NCBI GenBank assembly: GCA_040386775.1
Contig: JAZKEU010000011.1
Location: forward strand, 109,374-173,373
From: Bdellovibrionota bacterium
GTDB lineage: Bacteria > Bdellovibrionota > Bdellovibrionia > Bdellovibrionales > JAEYZS01
Reading direction: 5' to 3'
Length of the DNA stretch: 64,000 nucleotides
The position numbers were made by a program, and so were the translations under genes. This document shows positions 27,228 to 37,474 of the stretch, one piece after another (the first letter of the stretch is position 1; each line of letters starts with the position of its first letter). The notes below the pieces were generated by a model that was given only the letters and a program-made list of their open reading frames with translations, made no database searches and was not told where the DNA came from.

Positions 27228-28415
27228 ATGAGAACTAAACTGATCCTATTGTTTTTACCAGCTTTTATTGTTCATTTCTTTACCATAGGAGTGCCAATAT
27301 TTGTCCTAGCTAATCAAGCAACAGTTCCCACATCATGTTCAGCCATATTCAATGTTGGCAATGCCGATTCTGCCGCTTTAACTATTTCGAAAATACTTTC
27401 GGACCTTAAACTGTATCAAGAACTTACGAATTTTTACCATCATAAAAAACCTGGAATGTATGCACTACACGATATCGTAACTCTGAGTTCTCGCCTAAGC
27501 GATCGTGAGCGAAAAGACTTTATCGCTCACGTAAGGCAAATGTACGATGTCACCCATCGTTTTGACCAATCTAAACTTAGGGACATTGCGTTGGCTCTTT
27601 TTGATCCCATCATGTGGGAAAGGAAACTGACATCATTAGCTCGCTCGGGAACTAGTAGGCAGGAACTTTATTCCTTTGCAGACTTACTTTTGATTTTAAA
27701 TCCGAAACAAAAAACAATGCTTAAAGAAATAATTTCAGAAAATTACGCCCTTTCAACTCTGAATAAGATAAATCGTGATTACGAATTACCGTCTAAACGT
27801 TCCTATGAAGCCATTTTGCGCTTTTTGATAGATGCTGACAAAAACTTCGAAGCAAATGTCATGCGTCACGGAGTTCTGAAAGCATACGAAACGTACACCG
27901 AAGAAAATCAGGCCGTCGTACATGAAGCAGGATTTGGAAATTATCGATTTTCTCAAATTCTACAAACTTATAAACTTTTTCAAGATTATTTAAAAGCTAT
28001 TCCTGATACTAAAGCCAAAGTTTATTTCAAAGGTAGTTTCGTTAGTCGCCGAGCAAAAATTGATTCATCCGATCTTGATTTATATTTTGAAGGAACCAAT
28101 AACTTCAGATTCCAACGCCTTGTTAAAATTGCAACCGGAAGTACCGTCAGACAAGGCTTGCATGATATTTTTCATGATCATGAAAAAATAAATCTTGAGA
28201 TTGAAGACACTGCAAACAACTTCATAGATAAAGGCGCCGGACTGTTTGCTCGTTATGGCGAAGTAGGTGGAATCTTAATCGAAGTCACGGCCAATGATAT
28301 GCGTTTACTTTATTTTCCAAAGCCTTCAATAAAATATGTAGATCCTGCTTACCCTGAGGCCGTCTTAGCGCGAGAACCAGTGGTTTACCAGTTCGTTTCG
28401 GACGATCCACTTTGA
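27228..28415 (+). CDS. Exported protein with C-terminal Pol-beta-type nucleotidyltransferase motif
   Basis: N-terminal hydrophobic signal/anchor MRTKLILLFLPAFIVHFFTIGVPIFVLA. KGSFVSRRAKIDSSDLDLYF fits hG[GS]-x(9-13)-DhDh. No other family was recognised. Confidence 0.45.
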   Translation: MRTKLILLFLPAFIVHFFTIGVPIFVLANQATVPTSCSAIFNVGNADSAALTISKILSDLKLYQELTNFYHHKKPGMYALHDIVTLSSRLSDRERKDFIAHVRQMYDVTHRFDQSKLRDIALALFDPIMWERKLTSLARSGTSRQELYSFADLLLILNPKQKTMLKEIISENYALSTLNKINRDYELPSKRSYEAILRFLIDADKNFEANVMRHGVLKAYETYTEENQAVVHEAGFGNYRFSQILQTYKLFQDYLKAIPDTKAKVYFKGSFVSRRAKIDSSDLDLYFEGTNNFRFQRLVKIATGSTVRQGLHDIFHDHEKINLEIEDTANNFIDKGAGLFARYGEVGGILIEVTANDMRLLYFPKPSIKYVDPAYPEAVLAREPVVYQFVSDDPL

Positions 28416-28461
28416 TACAGGCATGCAATATGCATTCTAATAAATCACTAACGAGAAAGTT

Positions 28462-28668
28462 GTGTTTATGAGTCGAATGAAACTAAAATCTGTTGTAAAT
28501 AGAATGCGATCAGATATGGAAGAACTTGTAGTATTAGGTGATGAGTATCGCGCTGCAGTTGCAGCAAGTCAAAAGTCTACGCGGCTCGGGTTCTTAAAGA
28601 ACTTTCGTCTTCGAAATGAACGACCAGTAAACAGTGCTGGGCAAAATCCAAATACTTTTAACTTATAA
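28462..28668 (+). CDS. Hypothetical small protein (weak call)
   Basis: 68-aa ORF with an alternative start, no clear RBS and no recognisable motif. Confidence 0.25.
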   Translation: MFMSRMKLKSVVNRMRSDMEELVVLGDEYRAAVAASQKSTRLGFLKNFRLRNERPVNSAGQNPNTFNL

Positions 28669-28824
28669 TTAGCTTTAAACTTACAGAATTTTTGATCGCG
28701 CGCTAAATTTGGGTTTACGCTTCTTTAGCTCCTACTTGCGACGTGATAGAAGCTTTGCGTTGAAAAGAAGGATCTTTCTTCTTAGCGACAGTAAGAAAAA
28801 CCAAGAAGTACGCTTTAGTAAATA

Positions 28825-29118
28825 TTAATCGAAGAGGTCTTTTTCATAGAGGAGATAAATCAGTGGCGAAAAAGAGCCCATGAATATGACTCCAATACAG
28901 CAAAGGTAAAAGTATTTGTAAGATCTCTGCTTTTTTTTCAACTGCATAAATATGAACATTAGGACTAAGCCGACGGATACCAACAGATCGGAAAATATTT
29001 GATTTACATAAAGCTCTGAAAAAGGAGGAAATACTGTCCAAATGCTTACTTGTTTAAAAACAAAAAAACTAATTACAGAGTGCATAAGCAATAAAAAAAT
29101 TAAAAACTTTCTAGGCAT
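28825..29118 (-). CDS. Small integral membrane protein
   Basis: Three hydrophobic segments. Start taken at MPRKF. Confidence 0.45.
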   Translation of the reverse strand: MPRKFLIFLLLMHSVISFFVFKQVSIWTVFPPFSELYVNQIFSDLLVSVGLVLMFIFMQLKKKQRSYKYFYLCCIGVIFMGSFSPLIYLLYEKDLFD

Positions 29119-29186
29119 AGAAATGCACAATGCCGTTGTCTTTTTAAGTTGTCAAATAAGCAATACGAAAAGTTTTCAAAAAATTT

Positions 29187-29687
29187 CTAATTTATCAATT
29201 TAGAAATAGCCGCCTCATCTAAACGATAAACAGTCCACTCCTCCATAGGCTTTGCTCCTAAGGACTTATAGAATTCAATAGCTGGCGTATTCCAATTAAG
29301 AACGGACCATTCCATTCTACCGCAATTACGGTCTTTTGAAATCTTCACTAAATGGAGTAAAAGCTTTTTACCAAAGCCCATTCCCCGATATTGAGGACGC
29401 ACAAACAAATCTTCGAGATAAAGACCTTTCTTACCCAAAAAGGTTGAGAAATTGTGAAAGAACAATGCATAACCGACCGTTTCATTCTCATATTCGCCAA
29501 TAATAACTTCGGCGGATTTTTCTTTTCCAAAAAGACTTTCATATACAATTTCTTCCGTGGCTATCACTTCGTGCGAAAGCTTTTCGTACTCGGCGATTTC
29601 TTTTATCAGTTGTAGAATCAAAGAAACATCTTCTTTAGTGGCATTGCGGATTTTTAAAGTTTTATTTGTGCTTGGATTAATACTCAT
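29187..29687 (-). CDS. GNAT N-acetyltransferase (diamine/spermidine acetyltransferase-like)
   Basis: LFVRPQYRGMGFGKKLL acetyl-CoA-binding motif. 166 aa. Confidence 0.8.
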   Translation of the reverse strand: MSINPSTNKTLKIRNATKEDVSLILQLIKEIAEYEKLSHEVIATEEIVYESLFGKEKSAEVIIGEYENETVGYALFFHNFSTFLGKKGLYLEDLFVRPQYRGMGFGKKLLLHLVKISKDRNCGRMEWSVLNWNTPAIEFYKSLGAKPMEEWTVYRLDEAAISKLIN

Positions 29688-29760
29688 AGGCCTTGTTTTT
29701 AGAATAAAAAAAGTTTATTTTCAATCTGTATCGATCATAAAAACAATGCTTAAGGAAACT

Positions 29761-30339
29761 ATGTCCAATTCTCTTCCTCTATTTGAATATTTTTACTTTA
29801 TCCGTCACGGTAGAACCGACGCTAACGTTAATCAGCTGATGGCCGGCGGAAGTAACGACATTCTCTTAAACGAGGAAGGTCACCTTCAGGCCGCAAAAGC
29901 GGCGCAAATTCTAAAGACCAAATGTCCAGAAATTCAAACCATCTGCGTGAGCACCATGACCAGAGCCAAACAAACCGCTGGCTACATCAATGAACTCCTG
30001 CAAAAACCTATGCTCGAGTTTCCAGAATTTATCGAATGGCACTTTGGCGAATGGGAAGGAAAGTCTTGGATAGACGTTGCTCCTTTGTTTTTAGGCAACG
30101 AAGAACCTCCCGAGGGCGAAACTCGAGATATTTTTAAAAATCGTGTTTTCAACGGATTGAATAAAGCTCTAAGTCTCCCCGGCCCTATCCTAGTCGTCGC
30201 TCACGGCGGTGTCTGGTATAAAATTCAAAAGATCTTTAATCTAGAGCTTATAAAGAGTGATAATTGCCAGATCTTTAAAATATACTCTCAAAAGAACAAA
30301 GACATTGTTGAATACAAATACCATGAGATATGTCTATAG
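29761..30339 (+). CDS. Histidine phosphatase family protein (PGM/CobC-like)
   Basis: The ATG at 29761 follows AAGGAA. FIRHGRTDAN is the RHG catalytic motif, and VVAHGGV is present. The upstream part of ORF 29557.. is antisense to the GNAT gene. Confidence 0.8.
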   Translation: MSNSLPLFEYFYFIRHGRTDANVNQLMAGGSNDILLNEEGHLQAAKAAQILKTKCPEIQTICVSTMTRAKQTAGYINELLQKPMLEFPEFIEWHFGEWEGKSWIDVAPLFLGNEEPPEGETRDIFKNRVFNGLNKALSLPGPILVVAHGGVWYKIQKIFNLELIKSDNCQIFKIYSQKNKDIVEYKYHEICL

Positions 30340-30368
30340 ACATCGAAACGACCAGCAGGAAACGATAG

Positions 30369-31280
30369 ATGAAGTCTTATCAACCCATACATAAAATTCC
30401 GCATTTTTTTGATGACGCCTTAAAACTCCGACATGAGTTCGAAGCAAAGTTCAAAGATCCCAAAAAGACATCGCCAGATCGCTTCGTTTGGGACTATTGG
30501 TTTGTGGAAGACCAATATACTTTGATCAGAACGGAAGCTGAAAATATTTTTTCTAAAAAAATATTTCAGAATTTCTCACAAAACTTAATTGAATTCGGGC
30601 AAAAATATTTGGGTTGTGATGGCATCACTCCTCCTTGGATCAGTTATTATGTCGACGGCTGCAAACAAGATCTTCATGCCGACGTTCCCCACGGACCGTG
30701 GGCCTATGTGTACTCTCTCACTCCCTGGAGCAAACGTGAATTCACAGGCGGCGAAACGGTTCTCTTAAAACCCTCTACCCTCGACTACTGGAACAATTTT
30801 GAAAAGATGAGTGGCATCGAAATGAAAGAGCTCACCACAAAAATTCCTGCTAACTTTAATCAACTTTTAGTATTTGATCCCAGAATTCCTCACGGAGTAA
30901 GTCCCGTGCGAGGAGCTCAAGATCCACTCAAAGCTCGAGTCGTCATCCATGGCTGGTTTACAAATCCTCGTCCTATCATTCACGGAGGCCTCGGTGAAAA
31001 GAAAACCACTTCGCTTTTAAACGAAATGATCTACGAGATGGAACCTATCTTTGATAAATATTCTTTTGTCACCGGCACCCTTGCTATCCGCATGGAAATT
31101 AATCCTAAAGGAAAAATAGATCGTCTGTACTTCTTAACAAATACGCTCATCTCGATCGAGAGAAATATTCCTACCGTAAAATTACTCAATGAAATGGAGC
31201 TCTTTCTCAAAAACAAGACCTTCCCAAAGGCAAAAACACGAACGGAAATTACTCTTCCTTTTTTATTTCAATCGCGCTAA
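30369..31280 (+). CDS. 2OG-Fe(II) oxygenase superfamily protein
   Basis: HxD...H facial triad candidates: DLHADVPHG and RIPHGVSPV. Confidence 0.55.
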   Translation: MKSYQPIHKIPHFFDDALKLRHEFEAKFKDPKKTSPDRFVWDYWFVEDQYTLIRTEAENIFSKKIFQNFSQNLIEFGQKYLGCDGITPPWISYYVDGCKQDLHADVPHGPWAYVYSLTPWSKREFTGGETVLLKPSTLDYWNNFEKMSGIEMKELTTKIPANFNQLLVFDPRIPHGVSPVRGAQDPLKARVVIHGWFTNPRPIIHGGLGEKKTTSLLNEMIYEMEPIFDKYSFVTGTLAIRMEINPKGKIDRLYFLTNTLISIERNIPTVKLLNEMELFLKNKTFPKAKTRTEITLPFLFQSR

Positions 31281-31311
31281 GCTTTTTTCAGAACTTAATG
31301 GAGATTCTTAA

Positions 31312-32283
31312 ATGAATGTACTCGTCACTGGTGGAGCTGGATATATTGGTAGCCACGCCTGTAAACAATTAAAGAAACATGGATTAAATCCAATTGTTTA
31401 CGACAATCTCAGCCGTGGCCACGAAGACTTTGTGAAGTGGGGTCCACTTATTCATGGAGATATTCTAGATACAACCAAAGTTGAACAAACCCTCAAGCAA
31501 TATCAAATAGAAGCTGTCCTTCACTTTGCAGCCTTTGCTTATGTTGGGGAGTCCGTAGAAAATCCTACTTTATATTACAAAAATAATGTTCAAGGCTCTT
31601 TATCTCTGTTGGAAGGAATGCTTAAGGCCAACGTTAAGAAAATCATTTTCTCTTCGACTTGCGCCACTTACGGAATTCCAGAAAAAATTCCACTCACGGA
31701 AGAACTCCCACAAAACCCTATCAATCCCTATGGTCAAACCAAATTAATGATTGAAAAAATATTAAGAGATTATGCACCGGCTTACGGCTTGAGATCTGTT
31801 TGTTTGCGATACTTCAATGCCGCAGGCGCTGATCCCGAATCACTCATCGGTGAAAATCATGAGCCTGAGACTCATATTATTCCTCTAGCCATTGAATCTG
31901 CTCTTAAAAATAAAGTTTTAAAAATTTTCGGTAGCGATTATTCCACTCCAGATGGAACTTGCTTAAGAGATTACATTCATGTAGCAGATCTTGCTGAAGC
32001 CCATGTTCTGGCTCTTAAGTATCTAAATACCTCAGACAAGAATTTTGATTATTTCAATCTTGGTAACGAAAAAGCATTTTCAGTTAAAGAAATCGTAAAA
32101 GCCGTAGAAGAAGTTTCTAATCTCAAAGTGAATGCAGAAATTTATCCTCGACGATCCGGTGATCCCGCAGTCTTAGTTTCTGATTCTACAAAAGCAAAAA
32201 ATATTTTAAAATGGACCCCAGAAATAAAAGACATCAAAGAAATCATCAGAACCGCATACAACTGGCATAAAAAGAATCTTTAG
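31312..32283 (+). CDS. galE: UDP-glucose 4-epimerase
   Basis: VLVTGGAGYIGSH, SSTCATYG and YGQTK. Confidence 0.9.
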   Translation: MNVLVTGGAGYIGSHACKQLKKHGLNPIVYDNLSRGHEDFVKWGPLIHGDILDTTKVEQTLKQYQIEAVLHFAAFAYVGESVENPTLYYKNNVQGSLSLLEGMLKANVKKIIFSSTCATYGIPEKIPLTEELPQNPINPYGQTKLMIEKILRDYAPAYGLRSVCLRYFNAAGADPESLIGENHEPETHIIPLAIESALKNKVLKIFGSDYSTPDGTCLRDYIHVADLAEAHVLALKYLNTSDKNFDYFNLGNEKAFSVKEIVKAVEEVSNLKVNAEIYPRRSGDPAVLVSDSTKAKNILKWTPEIKDIKEIIRTAYNWHKKNL

Positions 32284-32290
32284 CACAATC

Positions 32291-33523
32291 TTAAGCAACA
32301 GGCTCTGGCGGAATCGGATCTACGGCAGGCTGCACTTTCAAATCTTTAAACTGTTTAAAAATATAAAGACATCCAAAAGTTGCCACTAAAACCACGTAGC
32401 TTGTCCAATTGTAATGAAGTAACTTGCCATCCTCTGCTCTGACCACCATGAGTCCCGCAATAAAAGACGCAACACCTGATCCCAACTGCTGGAGAGCGGT
32501 ATTGATACTCATAAAACCTCCACGAAAACGAGGTTCAATACATCCTGTTACCGCGGTCATTGCCGCAATCATACGAGAGCTTCCTATAACAAAGAAAGTA
32601 GTCGTGATAACCAATGCTACCCAAATGGGAACAGGAGGAAGATGAGTGAGTGCAAAAATCGGAATGAGCGCCATAAAAGCCAAAATTTTAAAAACATGGT
32701 AAGAAGAAGTTTTATCTACCCAACGTCCCACCAACTGAGAACTCACAATCGTAAAGGCTCCTCCACAAAAGTAAATGTACGAAAGCTCGGCATCGGTAAA
32801 ACCAATGTTTGCGGACATGTAAGGACTGATAAACGGAATCACCGTAAAGTGAGCGAGCATAAGCATCGGAAATAGACTCAAAGCCCAAATGAGTTTTGGT
32901 CTTGCCCAAATGTAAGAATAGATTTCTGTCTTACTTCTTTTTTTACTGTCCATCTTCAGGTGAGCCTTCATCGGAGGCAAAGTTTTAAAAGCAAAAATAA
33001 AAACCACTGTGCCAATAGCCACTAAACTATAAAATGGCGCATGCCATGTCATATGGGCCGCAATGAAGAGACCCATCGGAACTCCAAGCACCGAAGCCGC
33101 CGAGAAGGATCCCATAATGACACCCATAGCTCTGCCTCGAAAATTGGGATGAATGATATCTCCTACGATAGACATGATTTGCGATCCCATCACGCCACCA
33201 AAGAAGCCTGTGAAAACTCTTGCTGCCAATAAAATTTCAAAAGAAGGAGAACTCGCGCACAACAAGGTACCCACTAAAAATCCAAGATAAATAAGTAAAA
33301 ATGATTTTTTGCGATCATAATCGTCCACAAAAAACGAGCTAAAAATCGCCGAAACTCCCGCACTCAAAGAATAAGATGCTACCAAGAGACTGAACTGCAC
33401 AGGCGTTATACCAAACATGCGGACAAGCTGCGGCTCGAGCGGCATCATGATCATAAAATCTACGATATTGGTGAATTGAGCACTCGCTAGCAACAACAGA
33501 ATCTTCAGTTCGCGTTTAGACAT
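32291..33523 (-). CDS. MFS transporter
   Basis: Twelve-TM pattern with an MFS loop motif (VDDYDRKK). Confidence 0.8.
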   Translation of the reverse strand: MSKRELKILLLLASAQFTNIVDFMIMMPLEPQLVRMFGITPVQFSLLVASYSLSAGVSAIFSSFFVDDYDRKKSFLLIYLGFLVGTLLCASSPSFEILLAARVFTGFFGGVMGSQIMSIVGDIIHPNFRGRAMGVIMGSFSAASVLGVPMGLFIAAHMTWHAPFYSLVAIGTVVFIFAFKTLPPMKAHLKMDSKKRSKTEIYSYIWARPKLIWALSLFPMLMLAHFTVIPFISPYMSANIGFTDAELSYIYFCGGAFTIVSSQLVGRWVDKTSSYHVFKILAFMALIPIFALTHLPPVPIWVALVITTTFFVIGSSRMIAAMTAVTGCIEPRFRGGFMSINTALQQLGSGVASFIAGLMVVRAEDGKLLHYNWTSYVVLVATFGCLYIFKQFKDLKVQPAVDPIPPEPVA

Positions 33524-33564
33524 ATTTGCAATATACGCTTCTTGATCAGGCAGAGCAAATCTCT

Positions 33565-34458
33565 TTATTTTCTGTCGAATCTTTTAGCAAAGTCACAACG
33601 CTGACAAAGAGATTCAACAAGAGTTTTAGCAGCAAAACCTTTTCTCATTTGGCTTGCTTTATCGCCCATCAGAATTGTTTTTAAATCCGTTTCCAGGCAG
33701 TTACCTAGATTTATGGAAGCTTCTTTATCCAGGCAGCACGGAACAACGGTGCCGTCCGCATGAATCCCAATATGGTGAGTCAGCGCATGGCAAAAGCCCT
33801 TCTCTGATCTTATAGGCTGATTCATTGATGGCCATTCAAACCTAGAATCAAAGTTCACATACAGACGGTTTATAATTTTATAACCCTTAACCCTACGGAT
33901 ATCGATTTTCAAAGTAGCAAAATCAAAGCTGTATTTGTTTTCAATCATTTTTCTAATTAATGCATTCTTTGGAGAAAGACTCAAAGGATCAGCTAAATCC
34001 CAAATTCGATAGTTGATATAGATATCAGGCCGTTTTTCGAAAGCCATATCTACAAAGTTAAAAACCTTATCCATATAAGGTGTAACATCTTTTTCCTTAT
34101 GATTGGCTTCAAAACTATGAATCGAAATATTCACTTGCCTAACAATTGGATTTAAAAGCAATTCCACTTTTTGATGATTAAGTAAAACTCCATTGGTAGT
34201 GAAATTCACTTTCACATCATGCTTCACACAGATGTCTAGAATTTCTTTCAAATGAGGGTGACCCAAAGGCTCACCCATAAGATGCAAACAAATTTCTTTG
34301 GTTTTTCCTTGGATTTGTGAAACAATTTTTTCAAAGCTTTCGATAGCCATGACCTTTTTGTCTCTTAATACTGGAGGACAGAAATCACACTGAAGATTAC
34401 AAATATTGGAAATCTCCACGTAGATGCGATCAAATACGTGTGAAGTTACAAATTCCAT
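33565..34458 (-). CDS. Radical SAM protein with SPASM-like C-terminal Cys cluster
   Basis: The start is taken at MEFV (34458), which gives a 13-nt overlap with srkA. CNLQCDFC is the CxxxCxxC cluster. The C-terminus reads VPCCLDK...GNC...CQRCDF. Confidence 0.75.
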   Translation of the reverse strand: MEFVTSHVFDRIYVEISNICNLQCDFCPPVLRDKKVMAIESFEKIVSQIQGKTKEICLHLMGEPLGHPHLKEILDICVKHDVKVNFTTNGVLLNHQKVELLLNPIVRQVNISIHSFEANHKEKDVTPYMDKVFNFVDMAFEKRPDIYINYRIWDLADPLSLSPKNALIRKMIENKYSFDFATLKIDIRRVKGYKIINRLYVNFDSRFEWPSMNQPIRSEKGFCHALTHHIGIHADGTVVPCCLDKEASINLGNCLETDLKTILMGDKASQMRKGFAAKTLVESLCQRCDFAKRFDRK

Positions 34459-35405
34459 GCAATCTTCTCCAACTGTTCCGTCTCTTGCGCCCAATAACTG
34501 TAACTTTGAAAGTCTGGAAATAATCTTGGAAAAGATGGATCTGTCCATCGCGCAGCAATCCATTTTGCGTAATGAATAATTCTTAAACCTCTTAAAGGCT
34601 CAAACAAATCAATTTGTGATTCATCAAAATCTCTAATCTCAGTATAACCAGACAAAATTTCATCAATCTCTTCATCCATTTGGTCCTGGCTGAGCAACAT
34701 CCAAAAATCTTGAGCCTCGGGTCCATTGCACATATCATCGAAATCCACAAAAAAGAAACTCTTTCCATCATTCAACAAATTTCCTCGATGGCAATCTCCA
34801 TGAATACGAATGAAATTTTCAGGCTCTAGATAATCTTCTAGATATTCGATAATTTGAATTGCGGCTTTTTCATAGCGGGGCCACATTTCCATGGCAACGG
34901 CATTTTTTAGAATCTTTAAACTCTGACGTCCATAAATATCGGCTGTCATCGAGGGCCTATATTTTGCTTTTTGCCGAGAGCCCACATTGTGGATCAACGC
35001 CAGCGTTCTTCCAATCTTTTGAAAATCTCCTGGCAAAAGTTCCTGCGGCATACGTCCATAAAATTTGGGAAATAAGCTAAAGTAAATGTCTTGATGAGAA
35101 AATACAGTCTGGGCTTTATCATTTTTGGGTGTGAACTCATAAGGAGCTACAACTTCGACACCTTCGTTTTTAAGATCAGCGAGGAATTGATGTTCATCCT
35201 TGATGGCATCCATGCTCCAACGACCCGGACGATAGAACTTAGCAATAAGCTTCTCACAGTTGAGGTCATTTTCTTCTAACCGAACCTCAAAAACCCTATT
35301 TTCGTAGGAGTTGAGCTGAGTAAATTCCCCCGTTGTGCTGAATCCAAGGGATTCGATACCTATCAAAACCTGATCTGGGGTGAGTTCGTAAAAATTTTTC
35401 GTCAC
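34446..35405 (-). CDS. srkA: Stress-response Ser/Thr kinase SrkA (YihE/RdoA family)
   Basis: LNSYENRVFEV, KFYRPGRWS and IHGDCHRGNLL. Confidence 0.85.
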   Translation of the reverse strand: MTKNFYELTPDQVLIGIESLGFSTTGEFTQLNSYENRVFEVRLEENDLNCEKLIAKFYRPGRWSMDAIKDEHQFLADLKNEGVEVVAPYEFTPKNDKAQTVFSHQDIYFSLFPKFYGRMPQELLPGDFQKIGRTLALIHNVGSRQKAKYRPSMTADIYGRQSLKILKNAVAMEMWPRYEKAAIQIIEYLEDYLEPENFIRIHGDCHRGNLLNDGKSFFFVDFDDMCNGPEAQDFWMLLSQDQMDEEIDEILSGYTEIRDFDESQIDLFEPLRGLRIIHYAKWIAARWTDPSFPRLFPDFQSYSYWAQETEQLEKIAWNL

Positions 35406-35555
35406 GGGTTAACCTTATGCACAGATAAAATATATAAATCTATTAGAAAAACCGCACTCTATTTTTTTACTTTTAGCCATTAACCGCTCTTTCCCCCATA
35501 ATTGTTACACTTTAGAGGGGTTCGGAAGAGAGATTCGGAAGAGGGGTATCGGGGG

Positions 35556-36494
35556 ATGTTTCAGAGATTAACGCTAAAGTTCGTTTTAGCCATGTCAATT
35601 CTAGCAGGATTGAGCTTGGTTTTATTTGCCAATGCAGCTCTGGCTCAAGACTTTAAAATATTCAATCTTAAAAGTAATAAAAAGCAACTTCAAGTCGGCG
35701 AAGAATGGAGCCGTACGACTTTCGATGGAAAACTCACTTCCACGGAGGCTCTCAATAGCGCCATCAAAGCTACGGCTCGAGTAGATCTAAAAAATGAGCA
35801 AGGATCTGCGTTTTACCTGGGTAAATTCAACGGCGTACACCTCATGTTAACCAACTACCATGTCCTCTCGGAACAAGAAATTTGCCGTACAGGAAAAGTT
35901 TATTTTGCAAATATGCAAAAATCTTTCAGTTGTGGCCTGATCATTGATAAATTCCGTGATCTAGAAGCCACATTCTTTACCATTCGAGTTGATAAAAAAG
36001 ATGAATATCGTTTTGAAAATATCGCTTTGAAATTTGATTTTGTTAATGAATACAAACCGGGACACAAACTTGTCACAGCGGGATACGGAATTGAGCGCAA
36101 TAGCAACGGAAAGCTCACTTATGAAAACTCTCAAACTTGCGTTGTAGCGACCACCACCTACAAAACTATACTACTGACAGTGCAATCGGATGAAACATCC
36201 TACAATGCACGATCGTTTGTTCATGCGTGCGAAATTTCAAGTGGCGATTCTGGATCGGCGGTTATTAGTGAAAGCACCGGAAAAGTTGTAGGCCTCAATT
36301 GGGCAACTTCAACCTCTAAACCTATCACTCTCCTAAATAGTCTTAATGTCTATGAATGGATTGAAAAACAATCTAATCTTCTATGGAGTTACATGTCCTA
36401 CGCTGTCCCTGGAGGAGAGATCATGAATGCCATCCGGGTTTCAAAGAATGTCACCCTCAATGAATTTGTAAACTCTCACTTCAACTCTCCATAA
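35556..36494 (+). CDS. Secreted trypsin-like (S1/PA clan) serine peptidase
   Basis: The ATG at 35556 follows a G-rich RBS. It has a signal peptide, LTNYHV (His) and ISSGDSGSAV (Ser). Confidence 0.65.
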   Translation: MFQRLTLKFVLAMSILAGLSLVLFANAALAQDFKIFNLKSNKKQLQVGEEWSRTTFDGKLTSTEALNSAIKATARVDLKNEQGSAFYLGKFNGVHLMLTNYHVLSEQEICRTGKVYFANMQKSFSCGLIIDKFRDLEATFFTIRVDKKDEYRFENIALKFDFVNEYKPGHKLVTAGYGIERNSNGKLTYENSQTCVVATTTYKTILLTVQSDETSYNARSFVHACEISSGDSGSAVISESTGKVVGLNWATSTSKPITLLNSLNVYEWIEKQSNLLWSYMSYAVPGGEIMNAIRVSKNVTLNEFVNSHFNSP

Positions 36495-36607
36495 TCTGGC
36501 CAACAATTTGCATTAATATTTGCTCTTAACTTACAAGATCCTTTCTAAGGAGATACATCTTCTAGAGAATGAATTTTCTTTAGGTCAATTTGTAATGGAG
36601 TCAATTT

Positions 36608-37474
36608 ATGCGCCTTATTTATTTAATTTTAATCACATCTATTTTTTCGCTTCCTATCGCCAAGGCCGAAATTCCTTACGCTCAAAAAATCCTATTGAAC
36701 GCAGAATATGATCGCGCGGAAAAAACTTTAGAGAGCCAAATTAGTGATATTAAAAAAATAAGAGAAAATATCAAAAAAGGCAAAAGCTCTTTCGATGAAG
36801 TCAGACACCTTACAGAATCTCTCTATGTCTACGCCCTAGAAAGTGTTTATCGCTATAAAAATAAATCCCAATTCAATCGCCTTGCTCACTTACTCAATAA
36901 CAACAGCACCAGAGAAAGGTTTTATTACCCAGTAAATCAGAAAGGTGGATTCAGTGGAAAAAACATCCGTTACGTTGCCTGGAAAGATGAAGGTTGCATT
37001 AAACCAGTACAAAAAAATCAAATTCAAACGGGCGTTTTTATTGAGATAAGAAGTGGGTCATTCAAAAATCTAAATTTTTCAGGAACAGATCTTATTTTCA
37101 CTGAAAAATATTTCGTTACTAACAACAAAGAGCAAATTTTAAAGAGCTATCCTCTTGCCTCATTTAAAACTAAAGACAAATCGCCTATTTCTTCTGTAAT
37201 AGAGGATCTAAAAAACTTATCTAGCGATTTGGCAGAATACTACAATTGCAATTATGTTACACAGTTTGCAACTTTGGAAAAAGCAAACAAGCAACTCTAC
37301 GCAAGATACTTGCACTTAGCAAAAATTCTCCATAAGACTCCTGTCAATTTCAATAAAGAGAAAAAAGAAAAAACCCTTGGCGAAGAACTCAATGAATTGA
37401 CTTCTACAATACCAAAAACGGAAGCACCCAGTGCCGTGAGTACAGATGAGGATTTAAAAACTACGCCTTTATAA
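36608..37474 (+). CDS. Secreted hypothetical protein
   Basis: Signal peptide MRLIYLILITSIFSLPIAKA. No motif recognised. Confidence 0.5.
   Translation: MRLIYLILITSIFSLPIAKAEIPYAQKILLNAEYDRAEKTLESQISDIKKIRENIKKGKSSFDEVRHLTESLYVYALESVYRYKNKSQFNRLAHLLNNNSTRERFYYPVNQKGGFSGKNIRYVAWKDEGCIKPVQKNQIQTGVFIEIRSGSFKNLNFSGTDLIFTEKYFVTNNKEQILKSYPLASFKTKDKSPISSVIEDLKNLSSDLAEYYNCNYVTQFATLEKANKQLYARYLHLAKILHKTPVNFNKEKKEKTLGEELNELTSTIPKTEAPSAVSTDEDLKTTPL

Noticed and set aside
29557-29760. N-terminal 68 aa of ORF 29557..30339
   Set aside because: This part is antisense to the GNAT gene 29187..29687. The RBS-preceded ATG at 29761 gives a normal histidine-phosphatase N-terminus (FIRHGRTDAN).
34459-34563. N-terminal extension of the radical SAM ORF (MDCCAMDRS...)
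   Set aside because: It lies entirely inside the srkA coding region in another frame. The internal MEFV start is more plausible.
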